Source: Nitrospirota bacterium (lineage in GTDB: Bacteria > Nitrospirota > UBA9217). Taken from it: a stretch of DNA of 64,000 bases. This document shows positions 10,611-20,319 of the stretch, piece by piece. Made by a program: the position numbers and the translations under genes. The notes beneath the pieces are model-generated. The model did not search any database. It saw only the letters and a list, made by a program, of their open reading frames with translations, and had not been told where the DNA came from. The stretch's first letter is position 1. Every line of letters starts with the position of its first letter. Where the stretch lies: positions 288,001-352,000 of the forward strand of contig CAWJQQ010000008.1 in assembly GCA_963845065.1 (NCBI GenBank). Direction: 5' to 3'.

Positions 10611-12007
10611 TGCAGACCGTACCGAGGCTGGTAATTTCAGCCGCGAGGGGCGGGCTCGGCAAGACAACCCTGTCCCTCGCCATTATCGCCGCTTGGATAA
10701 AGCGAGGCAGGCAGGTTGCGGTTTTTAAAAAAGGACCGGATTTCATTGATGCGGGCTGGCTCGGGGTGGCGGCAGGAAGATCCTGTTATAACCTCGATAT
10801 GTTCATGATGGATCCGGGTCGCATTCAGCGCTCTTTTATTGACCATGTAGCCGGCGTAGATGCGGCTATCATCGAGGGAAACCGCGGGTTGTATGACGGC
10901 GTAGACGAGTCTGGGAATTACAGCACTGCCCGATTAGCAAAACTCCTAAAGACGCCCGTTATTTTGATCGTCGATGGAACGAAGGCTTCCGCAACGGTCG
11001 CGGCTGTCGTTTTAGGTTTGCAGCACTATGACGCAGACGTCCTCATCGGCGGGATTATTCTGAACAACGTTTCGTCGATGCGCCATGAAAGCGTCATCCG
11101 GAAGGCGATTGCAGCAAGCAGCGGCATCCCCGTAGTCGGCGTCGTACCAAAACAGCGAAGCGGCGAGTTTCCTGAGCGTCATATGGGTTTGACGCCGTTC
11201 CACGAACACCCTGAAGTAGAGCACGCGATAGACGCTTCAGCTACCATCGCAGAAAACCATCTCGATCTTGAAGTTCTGTGGAATATCGCTTGCACTGCTC
11301 CAGCAATCGAAAATGGGGAAAGCTCGATAAATCAGATGCCCCTGCGCGTAGAGGACCGTGTTGTTGTGGGAGTCATCAGGGACCGCGCATTTCAGTTCTA
11401 CTATCCCGATAACCTGGAAGAGCTAGAACGACATGGGGCACTGATCAAAGAAATAAATGCACTAAATGATAAAAGATTGCCCAACGATATCAATGCCATC
11501 TATATCGGTGGAGGATTTCCGGAAACGCAGGCTGCGGAACTGGCGGCGAACCAGGGTTTTTGTACATCGCTCAAAGCAGCAGCAGAAAACGGAATGCCCA
11601 TTTATGCGGAGTGCGGCGGTCTGATTTACCTAGGGAGAAGCCTTACCGTCGGTGGCAAACGCTATGCCATGACAGAAGTGCTACCGCTCGATTTTGTTCT
11701 TGAGAAAAGACCGCAGGCGCATGGATACACGATATTGGAGACCGGCGGCAACAGTCTGTTCCTTGACAAGGGTATCACAATTCGCGGTCATGAGTTTCAC
11801 TATTCTCGTGTTATCAATCTTGACGGCTTGCCTGCCTTGGCGTATCATGTTTTAAGGGGCAGCGGTATAGACGGGAAATCTGACGGTATAGTATATAAAA
11901 ATGTGTTGGCATCATATACTCATCTCCATGCCCTCGGAACACCTGAATGGGCGCCGGCTATGATTCGAAGCGCCCTCGGTCATCGAAACGTGAAGCGGCA
12001 CGCTTAG
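10610..12007 (+). CDS. dsrN: DsrN, CbiA/CobB-like siroheme amidase
   Basis: GKTT, KKGPDFID, ERHMGL, AFQFYY, AECGG, GHEFHYS; located in the dsr operon. Confidence 0.9.
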   Translation: MQTVPRLVISAARGGLGKTTLSLAIIAAWIKRGRQVAVFKKGPDFIDAGWLGVAAGRSCYNLDMFMMDPGRIQRSFIDHVAGVDAAIIEGNRGLYDGVDESGNYSTARLAKLLKTPVILIVDGTKASATVAAVVLGLQHYDADVLIGGIILNNVSSMRHESVIRKAIAASSGIPVVGVVPKQRSGEFPERHMGLTPFHEHPEVEHAIDASATIAENHLDLEVLWNIACTAPAIENGESSINQMPLRVEDRVVVGVIRDRAFQFYYPDNLEELERHGALIKEINALNDKRLPNDINAIYIGGGFPETQAAELAANQGFCTSLKAAAENGMPIYAECGGLIYLGRSLTVGGKRYAMTEVLPLDFVLEKRPQAHGYTILETGGNSLFLDKGITIRGHEFHYSRVINLDGLPALAYHVLRGSGIDGKSDGIVYKNVLASYTHLHALGTPEWAPAMIRSALGHRNVKRHA

Positions 12008-12017
12008 AAAGCAGGTT

Positions 12018-12386
12018 TTGTTGAGGTCCGGACCAAGGGAAGGCATCGAGCCGGTTTGTCCGTTTTGCAGTGCAAGCCTGGCTCGCCCTGCAACAATGAC
12101 CATCAATACGACGGAACGCGTGTCAGGTGGAACATGCGGCACTTGCGGAGCGGTTTACCTTGTCGATCCCACGGGCAAGAATGTGGGAGAGATGATGACA
12201 CAGGGTCTTGGCATTGTGGCGGAGAAACTGTCGAAAGAAATGGCTGACCTCGTTGCGGGAGAAGACTATGAAGATGCAGTGCTTAGTTATGATTGGCGGA
12301 TGCATCGATCACCCGGCATCAGCAAGGGCTTTATGGACAGGTATGGTCGATTATATATTATAAAGATGAAACAGAAACCTTCTTGA
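12018..12386 (+). CDS. Conserved hypothetical protein with two CxxC motifs (Zn-ribbon-like)
   Basis: CPFC...CGTC..VY..DPTGKN; TTG start and a weak RBS. Confidence 0.6.
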   Translation: MLRSGPREGIEPVCPFCSASLARPATMTINTTERVSGGTCGTCGAVYLVDPTGKNVGEMMTQGLGIVAEKLSKEMADLVAGEDYEDAVLSYDWRMHRSPGISKGFMDRYGRLYIIKMKQKPS

Positions 12387-12508
12387 ACAAGGTTTTGTAA
12401 TTCGTATGGGCGCACAAACGGGTTGCCGTGGGAAAATAAGAAGATGTTCAATTAGATAGATGAGGATGCCGATGAGGCGTCCAACTTATTTCATGAAAGG
12501 GGAACAAC

Positions 12509-12844
12509 ATGGGCACAATAACAGTAAAGGGCAAAAATATTGAAGTGGATGAAGACGGTTTTTTGGCGAGTCTGGATGATTGGAGTATGGACGTTGCAAA
12601 CTATTTTGCAGAGGTCGAGGGGATTGAGATGTCGGCTCAACATTGGGAAGTTGTAAATTTCCTCCGCGACTACTACAAACAGTATCAGATTGCGCCGATG
12701 ATCAAGATCCTTGTAAAGGAAATTGGCAAGAAGCTTGGACCCGAAAAAGGCAATACTAAATATTTGTATGAGCTCTATCCCGGCGGCCCGGCCAAGCAAG
12801 CTTGTAAAATAGCCGGTCTTCCGAAGCCCACCGGTTGCGTATAG
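12509..12844 (+). CDS. dsrC: DsrC sulfur carrier
   Basis: VDEDGFL, HWEVV, C-terminal ACKIAGLPKPTGCV with both conserved Cys (Cx10C). Confidence 0.96.
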   Translation: MGTITVKGKNIEVDEDGFLASLDDWSMDVANYFAEVEGIEMSAQHWEVVNFLRDYYKQYQIAPMIKILVKEIGKKLGPEKGNTKYLYELYPGGPAKQACKIAGLPKPTGCV

Positions 12845-13044
12845 GATCGTTTCTCATTTTTCCATTACCGCCCATTTCCTGCCACAGCCCAAATCGTCTT
12901 GGGTCTGCGAGGACATCGGGATTGAAGGAACCGGTCATCTTTTTTGCCAGGCGCATGCAACAGCGGCCCCACATGTTATTTGCTACTGTTTCGTTGCGAT
13001 TCTGAAGCCGTGAGCGTCAGAAGCTGAAGAGAAAGGTACCAGGC

Positions 13045-13230
13045 ATGTATAAGGTAACTATTGACAAGAACAAGTGCGGTAGAGATGGCACCTGCGTTAT
13101 TGTGTGTCCGCAGTCAGTGTTCAAAGTAGAAAGCGGCAAGACGGAGCCCGTATACATGTCAGAATGCATCAAGTGCCTGACCTGCATCGAAAGCTGCCCG
13201 CAGCAGGCTATCTCGGTCTCCGAGATATAA
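13045..13230 (+). CDS. Dicluster ferredoxin, copy 1
   Basis: CxxDxxCxxxCP and CxxCxxCxxxCP. Confidence 0.9.
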   Translation: MYKVTIDKNKCGRDGTCVIVCPQSVFKVESGKTEPVYMSECIKCLTCIESCPQQAISVSEI

Positions 13231-13253
13231 TGCGGTACCCAGCAGTCATACCA

Positions 13254-13288
13254 AGGGGATAGTTATATAACTAATCCCCTGTTTTTTT
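13254..13288 (+). terminator. Intrinsic terminator after the ferredoxin
   Basis: AGGGGATAGTTA..TAACTAATCCCCT stem followed by a T7 tract. Confidence 0.7.
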
Positions 13289-13299
13289 ATCACCCTTGC

Positions 13300-13407
13300 C
13301 AGAAAACCCCAGTTTTTTTAAACTGGGGAGGAAGGCTGCCCGGAAGCGGAGGCTGAATCACCTTTGTTTGACCGGAAACCACGGGCTTTAGCCCGTATGT
13401 AGTTCAT
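13300..13407. mobile_element. Candidate miniature non-autonomous IS200/IS605-family element (PATE-like)
   Basis: Two hairpins, CCCCAGTTT-tttt-AAACTGGGG(AGGA) and ACGGGC-ttta-GCCCGT followed by GTAGTTCA, resembling IS200/IS605 end hairpins; no transposase. Confidence 0.4.
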
Positions 13408-13432
13408 TAATAAGCGTCGGGGAGGTGAGGTA

Positions 13433-13732
13433 ATGAAACTAGCGATATTTTTAAGCGACTGGAGAAGGACCGAGGACTCCTTTGAAAGACTGAAGGCCGA
13501 CAAGATGGGAGTAATCCTCGTAGGCAATGGCGTCTATCATGCCGTTGTCAAGGAGAACGGTAAGGATTCACCTGTGCTTTCTAAGGCAGGAGCGAGCTTT
13601 TACGTGCTGTCCGATGATCTGACCACGAGGGGCTATACGGCAGCAAACGTCAACTCAAAAGTAAAGGTCGTAAGTTACGGCGATATCGTCGACCTTATTA
13701 TGAATGATTACGAGAAATCGGCTTGGTTATAG
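13433..13732 (+). CDS. dsrH: DsrH/TusB-like sulfur relay subunit
   Basis: ILVGNGVY, FYVLSDDLTTRG, VSYGDIVDL; ends in WL. Confidence 0.75.
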   Translation: MKLAIFLSDWRRTEDSFERLKADKMGVILVGNGVYHAVVKENGKDSPVLSKAGASFYVLSDDLTTRGYTAANVNSKVKVVSYGDIVDLIMNDYEKSAWL

Positions 13733-13815
13733 GACAACAACTGAGGTGGGCTAGGGGCATTGTCGGATAGTATATGTGCTCCCTCATCCATCATGCATAG
13801 TTTAAGGAGGATAAA

Positions 13816-14175
13816 ATGGGAGAATTAACGTTAGGAGTATTCCCGTCCCTGGTCGGTTCGATGACGCTTGATTTTTCGTTTAAGATTGCCGACGCGGCAA
13901 TTGCCAAGGGTCATAAGGTGAATATGTGGCTGTCCGGCAATGCTGTTATGATGGCCAAAAAGGGACAGAAGCAGTTTAAGGATTACTCGCACAATGAAAA
14001 ACTCATGAAGGAACTGATCGGCAAGGGCATGGAAATTACGGTCTGCGAAGCTTGTGCCGAAGCCCGGGGGTATCATAAAGAAGACACTCCGGAAGGCATG
14101 AAGCGTGCCAGCATGGACTGGTATCTGGCCAAGACAGTCAAGACCGACAGACTGCTTCATATCGGAGGTGAGTAA
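13816..14175 (+). CDS. dsrE: DsrE/TusD-like sulfur relay subunit
   Basis: AAIAKGHKV..WLSGNAV and active-site-like VCEACAEARG. Confidence 0.75.
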   Translation: MGELTLGVFPSLVGSMTLDFSFKIADAAIAKGHKVNMWLSGNAVMMAKKGQKQFKDYSHNEKLMKELIGKGMEITVCEACAEARGYHKEDTPEGMKRASMDWYLAKTVKTDRLLHIGGE

Positions 14176-14588
14176 TGGGCGCCGTAAATTTACTATTCGT
14201 TGTGCAGAGACCGCCGTACAAGAGCGAGAACCCCCGTCTTGCGCTCACCCATGCCATCGCCAGCCAGACGGCAGAGATCTACATGGATGATGGCGATTCC
14301 GTTGTCCCGATTATTGTTTTCGTCGGTGACGGCGTATTGAATGTGGTGAAGGACCAGCAGGCTATGAAGGTCTACGGGGTGACAAGCACGGAAAACCATA
14401 TCAAAAGCTGCCTGATGATCGACCTCCCGGTTTGGGTCTGTAAGGAAGACATGCAGCGGCTCGGACTTAAAGAAGACAACATGATCACCAATGCCGAGGA
14501 TATGGGCGCCGAGATGAAAACAAAGTTCGTCTCATTCGCCGAGATCCAGAAAGAAATGGAGTCCGTGAAGCACCTGCTGTTCTTTTAA
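14175..14588 (+). CDS. dsrF: DsrF/TusC-like sulfur relay subunit
   Basis: LFVVQRPPY, VFVGDGV, VWVCKEDMQRLGL; start overlaps the dsrE stop. Confidence 0.7.
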   Translation: MGAVNLLFVVQRPPYKSENPRLALTHAIASQTAEIYMDDGDSVVPIIVFVGDGVLNVVKDQQAMKVYGVTSTENHIKSCLMIDLPVWVCKEDMQRLGLKEDNMITNAEDMGAEMKTKFVSFAEIQKEMESVKHLLFF

Positions 14589-14626
14589 CAACGGGATTCC
14601 CAGCAGCAAACGCTGTCGGCGCGCTT

Positions 14627-15157
14627 ATGGTTCACGAGAAAATGAAACTAAACCACTATTTGCTGGAAAAAAAAACCGCCATTCTGAAAAAATGGTTCGA
14701 CGCCGTTGCCGAGACGTATCCCAACGAAACGTCCGCCTTTTTAAAGAAGCAGAAGGCCCAGTTCACCAACCCGGTCGGCTATACGCTTTCGGAAGGGCTC
14801 GAGCATCTGTTCGACGCACTGCTCCAGGGGATGCTGCCCGACACGGTTTCCCAGTTCCTCGACAGCATAGTCAGGCTGCGGGCGATACAGGAATTCGCGC
14901 CTTCTGAGGCAGTGATGTTCATCTTCCGTCTAAAGAAGGTGGTCCGTCAGGAGCTTGGCAACGAGCTCCTGCAACAACAGGCAATCATCGAGGAACTGGC
15001 GACCTTCGAGTCTGCCGTTGACGACTTGGCCCTTTACGCTTTCGACCTTTACGTAAAGTGCCGCGAGAAGATTTTTGAACTAAAGGCAAATGAAGCAAAA
15101 AATATGACCTTCAGGCTTTTGCAGCAAGCGCGTCTCATCGTCGACAACCAGGATTGA
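14627..15157 (+). CDS. dsrT: DsrT (RsbRD N-terminal domain)
   Basis: KKWFD...YP, QFTNPVG, RLRAIQEFAPSEAV; directly before dsrM; alternative start at 14642. Confidence 0.88.
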   Translation: MVHEKMKLNHYLLEKKTAILKKWFDAVAETYPNETSAFLKKQKAQFTNPVGYTLSEGLEHLFDALLQGMLPDTVSQFLDSIVRLRAIQEFAPSEAVMFIFRLKKVVRQELGNELLQQQAIIEELATFESAVDDLALYAFDLYVKCREKIFELKANEAKNMTFRLLQQARLIVDNQD

Positions 15158-15213
15158 GACTTCACGTGCGAGATGGCTTAGGCTGCTAACCTAAATTGAA
15201 AAGAGGTAACGAG

Positions 15214-16206
15214 ATGAAAGCCATAATATCTTTCATTGCAGTGCTTATCCTCGCGGCGATTGCCTATGTGGGGGTCGGGATACTGAAAGCCCAATACCTT
15301 TTCGGCGTTGTCATCCCGTACCTGGCTGTTGCTACCTTTGTTGTCTTTATGATCGTCCGCGTTCTCAAGTGGGGCAGCTCGCCGATTCCATTCCGCATTC
15401 CCACGACTTGCGGCCAGCAAAAGTCATTTCCCTGGATAAAACACAGCAAACTTGAAAATCCCTCCGGCACTCTCGGAGTGATGGGCAGGATGGCGCTTGA
15501 AGTGCTGTTTTTCCGCTCGCTTTTCAGGAACCTGAGAACGCAGCTTCGGGACGATTCTCAATTAACCTACGGAGAGGCCAAATGGCTTTGGGCGGCAGGG
15601 CTGGCGTTCCACTGGTCGTTTCTGATAATCCTGATCAGACATCTCAGGTTTTTTACCCAGCAGGTCCCGGCGGCAGTGCAGTTGGTAGAATCGCTCGACA
15701 GCTTCCTGCAGATTGGCGTGCCGCTCCTGTATATGACCGATGCGGTGCTCCTGGGTGCTGTTACCTATCTCTTTCTCAGAAGGATCGGGCTTCCCCAGGT
15801 CCGTTATATGTCCCTCATCAACGATTACTTCCCGCTATTTCTGATCTTCGGCATAGCACTTTCCGGCGTGCTCATGCGGTACTTCTTTAAAACCGACGTT
15901 GTCAGCATCAAGATGCTCACAATGAGCTTGGTCGGGTTCCATCCGTCAATCCCGGAGGGTATCGGCGTTATTTTTTATATCCACTTGTTTCTACTGTGTA
16001 CACTGTTTGCTTATTTCCCTTTCAGCAAACTTGTCCACATGGGTGGTGTTTTCATGAGCCCTACCCGTGTCCTGGCAAACAACAGCCGCGTAAAGCGGCA
16101 TATAAATCCCTGGAATTATCCGGTCCATATCCACACCTATGAGGAATACGAAAATGACTTCCGGGCTAAGATGAAAGAAGCCGGCCTGCCGGTAGAAAAG
16201 GAGTAA
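15214..16206 (+). CDS. dsrM: DsrM membrane cytochrome b
   Basis: PFRIPTTCGQQKS, FFRSLFRN, FHWSFL..RHLRFF, FPFSKLVHMGG. Confidence 0.95.
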   Translation: MKAIISFIAVLILAAIAYVGVGILKAQYLFGVVIPYLAVATFVVFMIVRVLKWGSSPIPFRIPTTCGQQKSFPWIKHSKLENPSGTLGVMGRMALEVLFFRSLFRNLRTQLRDDSQLTYGEAKWLWAAGLAFHWSFLIILIRHLRFFTQQVPAAVQLVESLDSFLQIGVPLLYMTDAVLLGAVTYLFLRRIGLPQVRYMSLINDYFPLFLIFGIALSGVLMRYFFKTDVVSIKMLTMSLVGFHPSIPEGIGVIFYIHLFLLCTLFAYFPFSKLVHMGGVFMSPTRVLANNSRVKRHINPWNYPVHIHTYEEYENDFRAKMKEAGLPVEKE

Positions 16207-16208
16207 TC

Positions 16209-17828
16209 ATGGCGAAACTTCCGAAACCAGACGAACTAGCGAAAGTTGATTACGCGCTGCCGAAAACGGGCTGGATGGAAACGCCCGTAGTGGTCAAAGA
16301 GGGCATGTTCTGCCACGGGTCGAAGCCGAAGAGCCTGACTACTGTTGGGTTCCCGAATCCCCGAGATTGGAGACCGGCAGATGCTGACTGGAAATTGCCT
16401 GAAAACTGGAAGGAGATTCTCCTCGAGGGTATCGCAGAGCGGCTCAAAAAGTACCGGTCATTCCGGCTGTTCATGGACATCTGCGTGCGCTGCGGCGCCT
16501 GTGCAGATAAGTGCCACTTCTTTATCGGCACGGGTGACCCGAAGAATATGCCGGTGCTTAGGGCAGAGCTAATACGCTCGATTTATCGCAAGGAGTTTAC
16601 CCTGGCAGGCAAGATCTTCGGTAAGATGGCAGGCGCACGCGAACTTACCATCGATGTTTTGAAGGAGTGGTGGTACTACTTCTTTCAATGTACTGAATGC
16701 CGGCGCTGCTCGGTCTTTTGCCCCTATGGCATCGACCAGGCCGAGATCACAATCATCGGCCGGGAACTTCTTAATCTGCTTGGCTTGAACATTGAGTGGA
16801 TCGCGGGGCCGGTCGCGAACTGCTATATGAAGGGCAATCACCTGGGCCTTGAACCCCATGCGATCGTCGGCAACCTCCAATATATGCTGGATGATATCGA
16901 GACCATCACGGGCAAGAGGATCAAGCCAACCTTCAACCGGAAGGGTGCTGAGATCCTGTTCGTAACACCTTCAGGCGACCTGTTTGCGGACCCCGGTACG
17001 TATACGTGCATGGGATACCTTATGCTGTTTGAGGAACTTGGGCTCGACTATACTTGGAGCACCTATGCTTCCGAAGGAGGAAACTTCGGTTTCTTCACCT
17101 CGAACGAAATGGCTAAGCGGCTCAATTCCAAGATATATGCAGAGGCCAAGCGTCTCGGCGTAAAGTGGATCCTCGGCGGAGAGTGCGGCCACATGTGGCG
17201 GGTGCTCTCCCAGTACATGGATACTTGGAACGGGCCTGCCGACTTCCTGGAAGTTCCGAAATCGCCGATTACCGGTACTGTTTTTGAACAGGCAAAATCG
17301 ATGAAGATGGTCCATATTGCGGAATTCACTGCTGACCTAGTCAAGAACAATAAGCTAAAGCTCGATCCGAAGCGGAACGACCATCTCAAAGTAACCTGGC
17401 ACGACTCCTGTAATACCGCGCGGGGTATGGGTCTTCTTGAAGAACCGCGCTACGTGCTTAAGAGTGTTGTGAACAACTTCTATGAAATGCCCGAAGATAC
17501 GATTCGCGAAAAGACCTTCTGTTGCGGCAGTGGAACTGGTTTGAATGCCTCGGAGGACATGGACCTCCGCATGAAGGGCGGGTTCCCGCGTGCGAATGCG
17601 GTCAAGTTCGTTCGTGAGCACTACGGCGTGAACATGCTTGCCAATATCTGTGCCATCGACCGGGCATCGCTCAAATCCCTCATGGATTACTGGGTACCGG
17701 ACGTTAACGTATGCGGCCTCCACGAACTCGTGGCTAACGCCCTGGTTATGAATGGGGAGAAGGAGAGGACGACCGATCTTCGCGGCGAACCCCTCCCATC
17801 GGCCCAAGCGAAGGAGGAAAAAGCCTAA
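16209..17828 (+). CDS. dsrK: DsrK (HdrD-like Fe-S/CCG subunit)
   Basis: CVRCGACADKC, CTECRRCSVFCP, GECGH, HDSC, CCGSG. Confidence 0.96.
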   Translation: MAKLPKPDELAKVDYALPKTGWMETPVVVKEGMFCHGSKPKSLTTVGFPNPRDWRPADADWKLPENWKEILLEGIAERLKKYRSFRLFMDICVRCGACADKCHFFIGTGDPKNMPVLRAELIRSIYRKEFTLAGKIFGKMAGARELTIDVLKEWWYYFFQCTECRRCSVFCPYGIDQAEITIIGRELLNLLGLNIEWIAGPVANCYMKGNHLGLEPHAIVGNLQYMLDDIETITGKRIKPTFNRKGAEILFVTPSGDLFADPGTYTCMGYLMLFEELGLDYTWSTYASEGGNFGFFTSNEMAKRLNSKIYAEAKRLGVKWILGGECGHMWRVLSQYMDTWNGPADFLEVPKSPITGTVFEQAKSMKMVHIAEFTADLVKNNKLKLDPKRNDHLKVTWHDSCNTARGMGLLEEPRYVLKSVVNNFYEMPEDTIREKTFCCGSGTGLNASEDMDLRMKGGFPRANAVKFVREHYGVNMLANICAIDRASLKSLMDYWVPDVNVCGLHELVANALVMNGEKERTTDLRGEPLPSAQAKEEKA

Positions 17829-18256
17829 TGAAACTTTATGACGGCGGTAAAATAATCGTCGGGCTTCTGGTGTTCATCGGGATAGCAACGTTCCCCTTTT
17901 ACTATAATATCGGCAAGGTGAATGCGAAGCCAGAACTGAAAACGGACACACCGGTGATCCAGGAGTGGGAAAAACAGTATGGGAAAAAAGAGTGCGTTGA
18001 GTCCAAGGAGTACATGCGGACCGAACATATGCAACTTCTGAACAATTGGAGGGATTCGGTCGTGCGAGATATGAATCGACAGTACGTCAGCACGGCTAGC
18101 GGCAAAGTGTTTGACATGAGCTTACAGAACGGCTGCTTTCACTGTCACTCGAATAAAAAACATTTTTGCGATCAATGCCACAACTACATGGCGGTCAAAC
18201 CTTATTGTTTTGATTGCCATATTCAGCCGACGGAGAAGGAGGAGGATAAATCATGA
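17828..18256 (+). CDS. dsrJ: DsrJ triheme cytochrome c
   Basis: CVESKEYMRTEHM, WRDSVVR, three CxxCH motifs. Confidence 0.93.
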   Translation: MKLYDGGKIIVGLLVFIGIATFPFYYNIGKVNAKPELKTDTPVIQEWEKQYGKKECVESKEYMRTEHMQLLNNWRDSVVRDMNRQYVSTASGKVFDMSLQNGCFHCHSNKKHFCDQCHNYMAVKPYCFDCHIQPTEKEEDKS

Positions 18257-19083
18257 GCATGGACAGGAGACAATTTCTGAAAATTGCCGGCATCTCCTCC
18301 ATTCTGGGATTCGGCGCCTCGGTAGCATCGGCTAAGCACTCGATCTGGCAAATGGGCCTGGAACCGCCGCAAGTTGAGCCAAACAAGGACGCCCTGAACG
18401 GGAAGCGGTGGGCAATGGTTGTCGACATGAGCAAGTTTAAAACTGAAGAGGACATCAAGAAGGTTGTAAGCGCCTGTCATCAGACGCACAATGTGCCTGA
18501 CTTCCGGAATCCCGACGGGACCGTGGACATTAGGCACGAAATTAAATGGATCTGGGAAGAGCCTTATGAACGGACCTTTCCGGGGGCCGAAAACAAATTC
18601 ATGAGTGAGAACATCAAGGACATGCCCTTTATCGTGTTCTGCAACCAGTGCGACAGCCCGCCCTGTGTACGGGTCTGTCCCACCAAGGCCACGTTCAAAC
18701 TCCCGAATGGCATCACGATGCAGGACGAGCACCGCTGCATCGGGTGCCGGTTCTGCATGGCAGCATGCCCCTACGGGTCGCGGAGCTTTAACTGGGTTGA
18801 CCCGCGAAAAGCGCTCAATCCGGTTACTGAAAACAAGGCATATCCGACCAGAACCAAGGGCGTTGTAGAGAAATGTACTTTCTGCACCGAGCGGCTTGAG
18901 GCCGGGAAGTTTCCGGCTTGCGTCGAAGCCGCTCCTAAGGGTGCCATGTTCTTCGGAGACATCGAAGACCAGAATTCCGATGTCAGGAAGATCGTTTCAT
19001 CCCAACTGACCATCAGGCGAAAGCCAGATTTGGGCACAGGCCCGGCTGTTTATTATCTCATAGGAGGGAGCGACCATGCTTGA
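18253..19083 (+). CDS. dsrO: DsrO periplasmic Fe-S protein
   Basis: Tat signal DRRQFLK; CNQC..PPCVRVCP, CIGCRFCMAACP, KCTFC. Confidence 0.93.
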   Translation: MSMDRRQFLKIAGISSILGFGASVASAKHSIWQMGLEPPQVEPNKDALNGKRWAMVVDMSKFKTEEDIKKVVSACHQTHNVPDFRNPDGTVDIRHEIKWIWEEPYERTFPGAENKFMSENIKDMPFIVFCNQCDSPPCVRVCPTKATFKLPNGITMQDEHRCIGCRFCMAACPYGSRSFNWVDPRKALNPVTENKAYPTRTKGVVEKCTFCTERLEAGKFPACVEAAPKGAMFFGDIEDQNSDVRKIVSSQLTIRRKPDLGTGPAVYYLIGGSDHA

Positions 19084-20248
19084 GAAAGCATTTGAGGGAG
19101 GGAAAAAATACTGGGCATGGGTGTTCTTTCTTGGTGCCCTGGCTACAATAGGCGTCTATAATTACACCCGGCAGTTTCAGTACGGGTTAGGGCTTACGGG
19201 CATGAATCGGGATGTGTCGTGGGGCCTGTACATCGGCCAGTTCACGTTCCTCGTCGGCGTTGCGGCTTCGGCGGTGATGCTCGTTATCCCTTATTATTTG
19301 CATGATTTTAAGAAATTCACCAAGGTTGTCATCCTTGGTGAATTTCTCGCGATCTCGGCAGTGATCATGTGCCTCCTCTTCATATTTGCGGACATGGGCC
19401 AGCCAATGCGGATCATGAACGTCTTTCTGCACCCCTCGCCGACTTCTATCATGTTCTGGGATTCCTGTGTTCTGTCAGGGTATCTTGTCATCAATGCACT
19501 GGTCGGGTGGGTCACCTTGAGCGCCGATCGTAAGGGCGTACCGCCGCCAAAGTGGATTAAATTTTTCATCTATTTGTCGATTCCCTGGGCAGTGAGTATC
19601 CACACCGTGACAGCGTTTTTGTTCGCAGGACTACCGGCGCGGCACTTTTGGCTAAGCGCCGTGATGGCAGCCCGGTTCCTCGCATCGGCGTTTGCAGCCG
19701 GCCCGGCTCTGCTGATAATCCTTTCGCTAATCGTCCGAAAGGTTTCTAAGTTCGATCCCGGCAAGGAGGCCATCCAGGCAATTGGGAAGATCGTGGCCTA
19801 CGCCATGTTCGCAAACGTTTTTCTCCTCGGGCTCGAATTCTTCACGGCCTTCTACAGCGGCATCCCGGGGCATGAAAGTTCTTTCATATACCTCTATGCT
19901 GGGCTCGAAGGCCATTCTGAACTGGTGCCTATTATGTGGACGTCAACCATTCTGGCCGTTATATCGCTAGCCATGCTGGTGTACCCGGCTACCCGCAAAA
20001 ATGAAGGATCACTGGCTTTTGCCTGCGTGGCGCTCTTTATCTCACTCTGGATCGACAAGGGTTTCGGTCTTATCATCGGCGGTTTCATACCGAACCCTTT
20101 CGAAGAAGTGCATACGTACTGGCCGACCGTGCCGGAGGCTTTAATAGCTCTCGGCGTCTGGTCCATAGGATTCCTAGTACTATCCATGCTGTATAAAATC
20201 GCTATATCTGTCAGAGAAAGTACGGCGGGGATAGAAATAGACCACTAA
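19076..20248 (+). CDS. dsrP: DsrP (NrfD-family membrane protein)
   Basis: TGMNRDVSWGLYI, DMGQP, SIPWAVSIHTVTAF; polytopic. Confidence 0.94.
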   Translation: MLEKAFEGGKKYWAWVFFLGALATIGVYNYTRQFQYGLGLTGMNRDVSWGLYIGQFTFLVGVAASAVMLVIPYYLHDFKKFTKVVILGEFLAISAVIMCLLFIFADMGQPMRIMNVFLHPSPTSIMFWDSCVLSGYLVINALVGWVTLSADRKGVPPPKWIKFFIYLSIPWAVSIHTVTAFLFAGLPARHFWLSAVMAARFLASAFAAGPALLIILSLIVRKVSKFDPGKEAIQAIGKIVAYAMFANVFLLGLEFFTAFYSGIPGHESSFIYLYAGLEGHSELVPIMWTSTILAVISLAMLVYPATRKNEGSLAFACVALFISLWIDKGFGLIIGGFIPNPFEEVHTYWPTVPEALIALGVWSIGFLVLSMLYKIAISVRESTAGIEIDH

Positions 20249-20269
20249 GAACAGGTACTTACTGTCTAG

Positions 20270-20304
20270 AAAGGGCCCTCCTGATCGAGGATGGGCCCTT
20301 TTTT
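20270..20304 (+). terminator. Intrinsic terminator after dsrP
   Basis: AAAGGGCCC...GGGCCC followed by TTTTTT. Confidence 0.8.
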
Positions 20305-20319
20305 ATTTTCATTTCTTAC

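Noticed and set aside
10610..12007. Cobalamin synthesis gene cbiA/cobB
   Set aside because: It is coupled to dsrD and has no cob/cbi neighbours, which fits dsrN better
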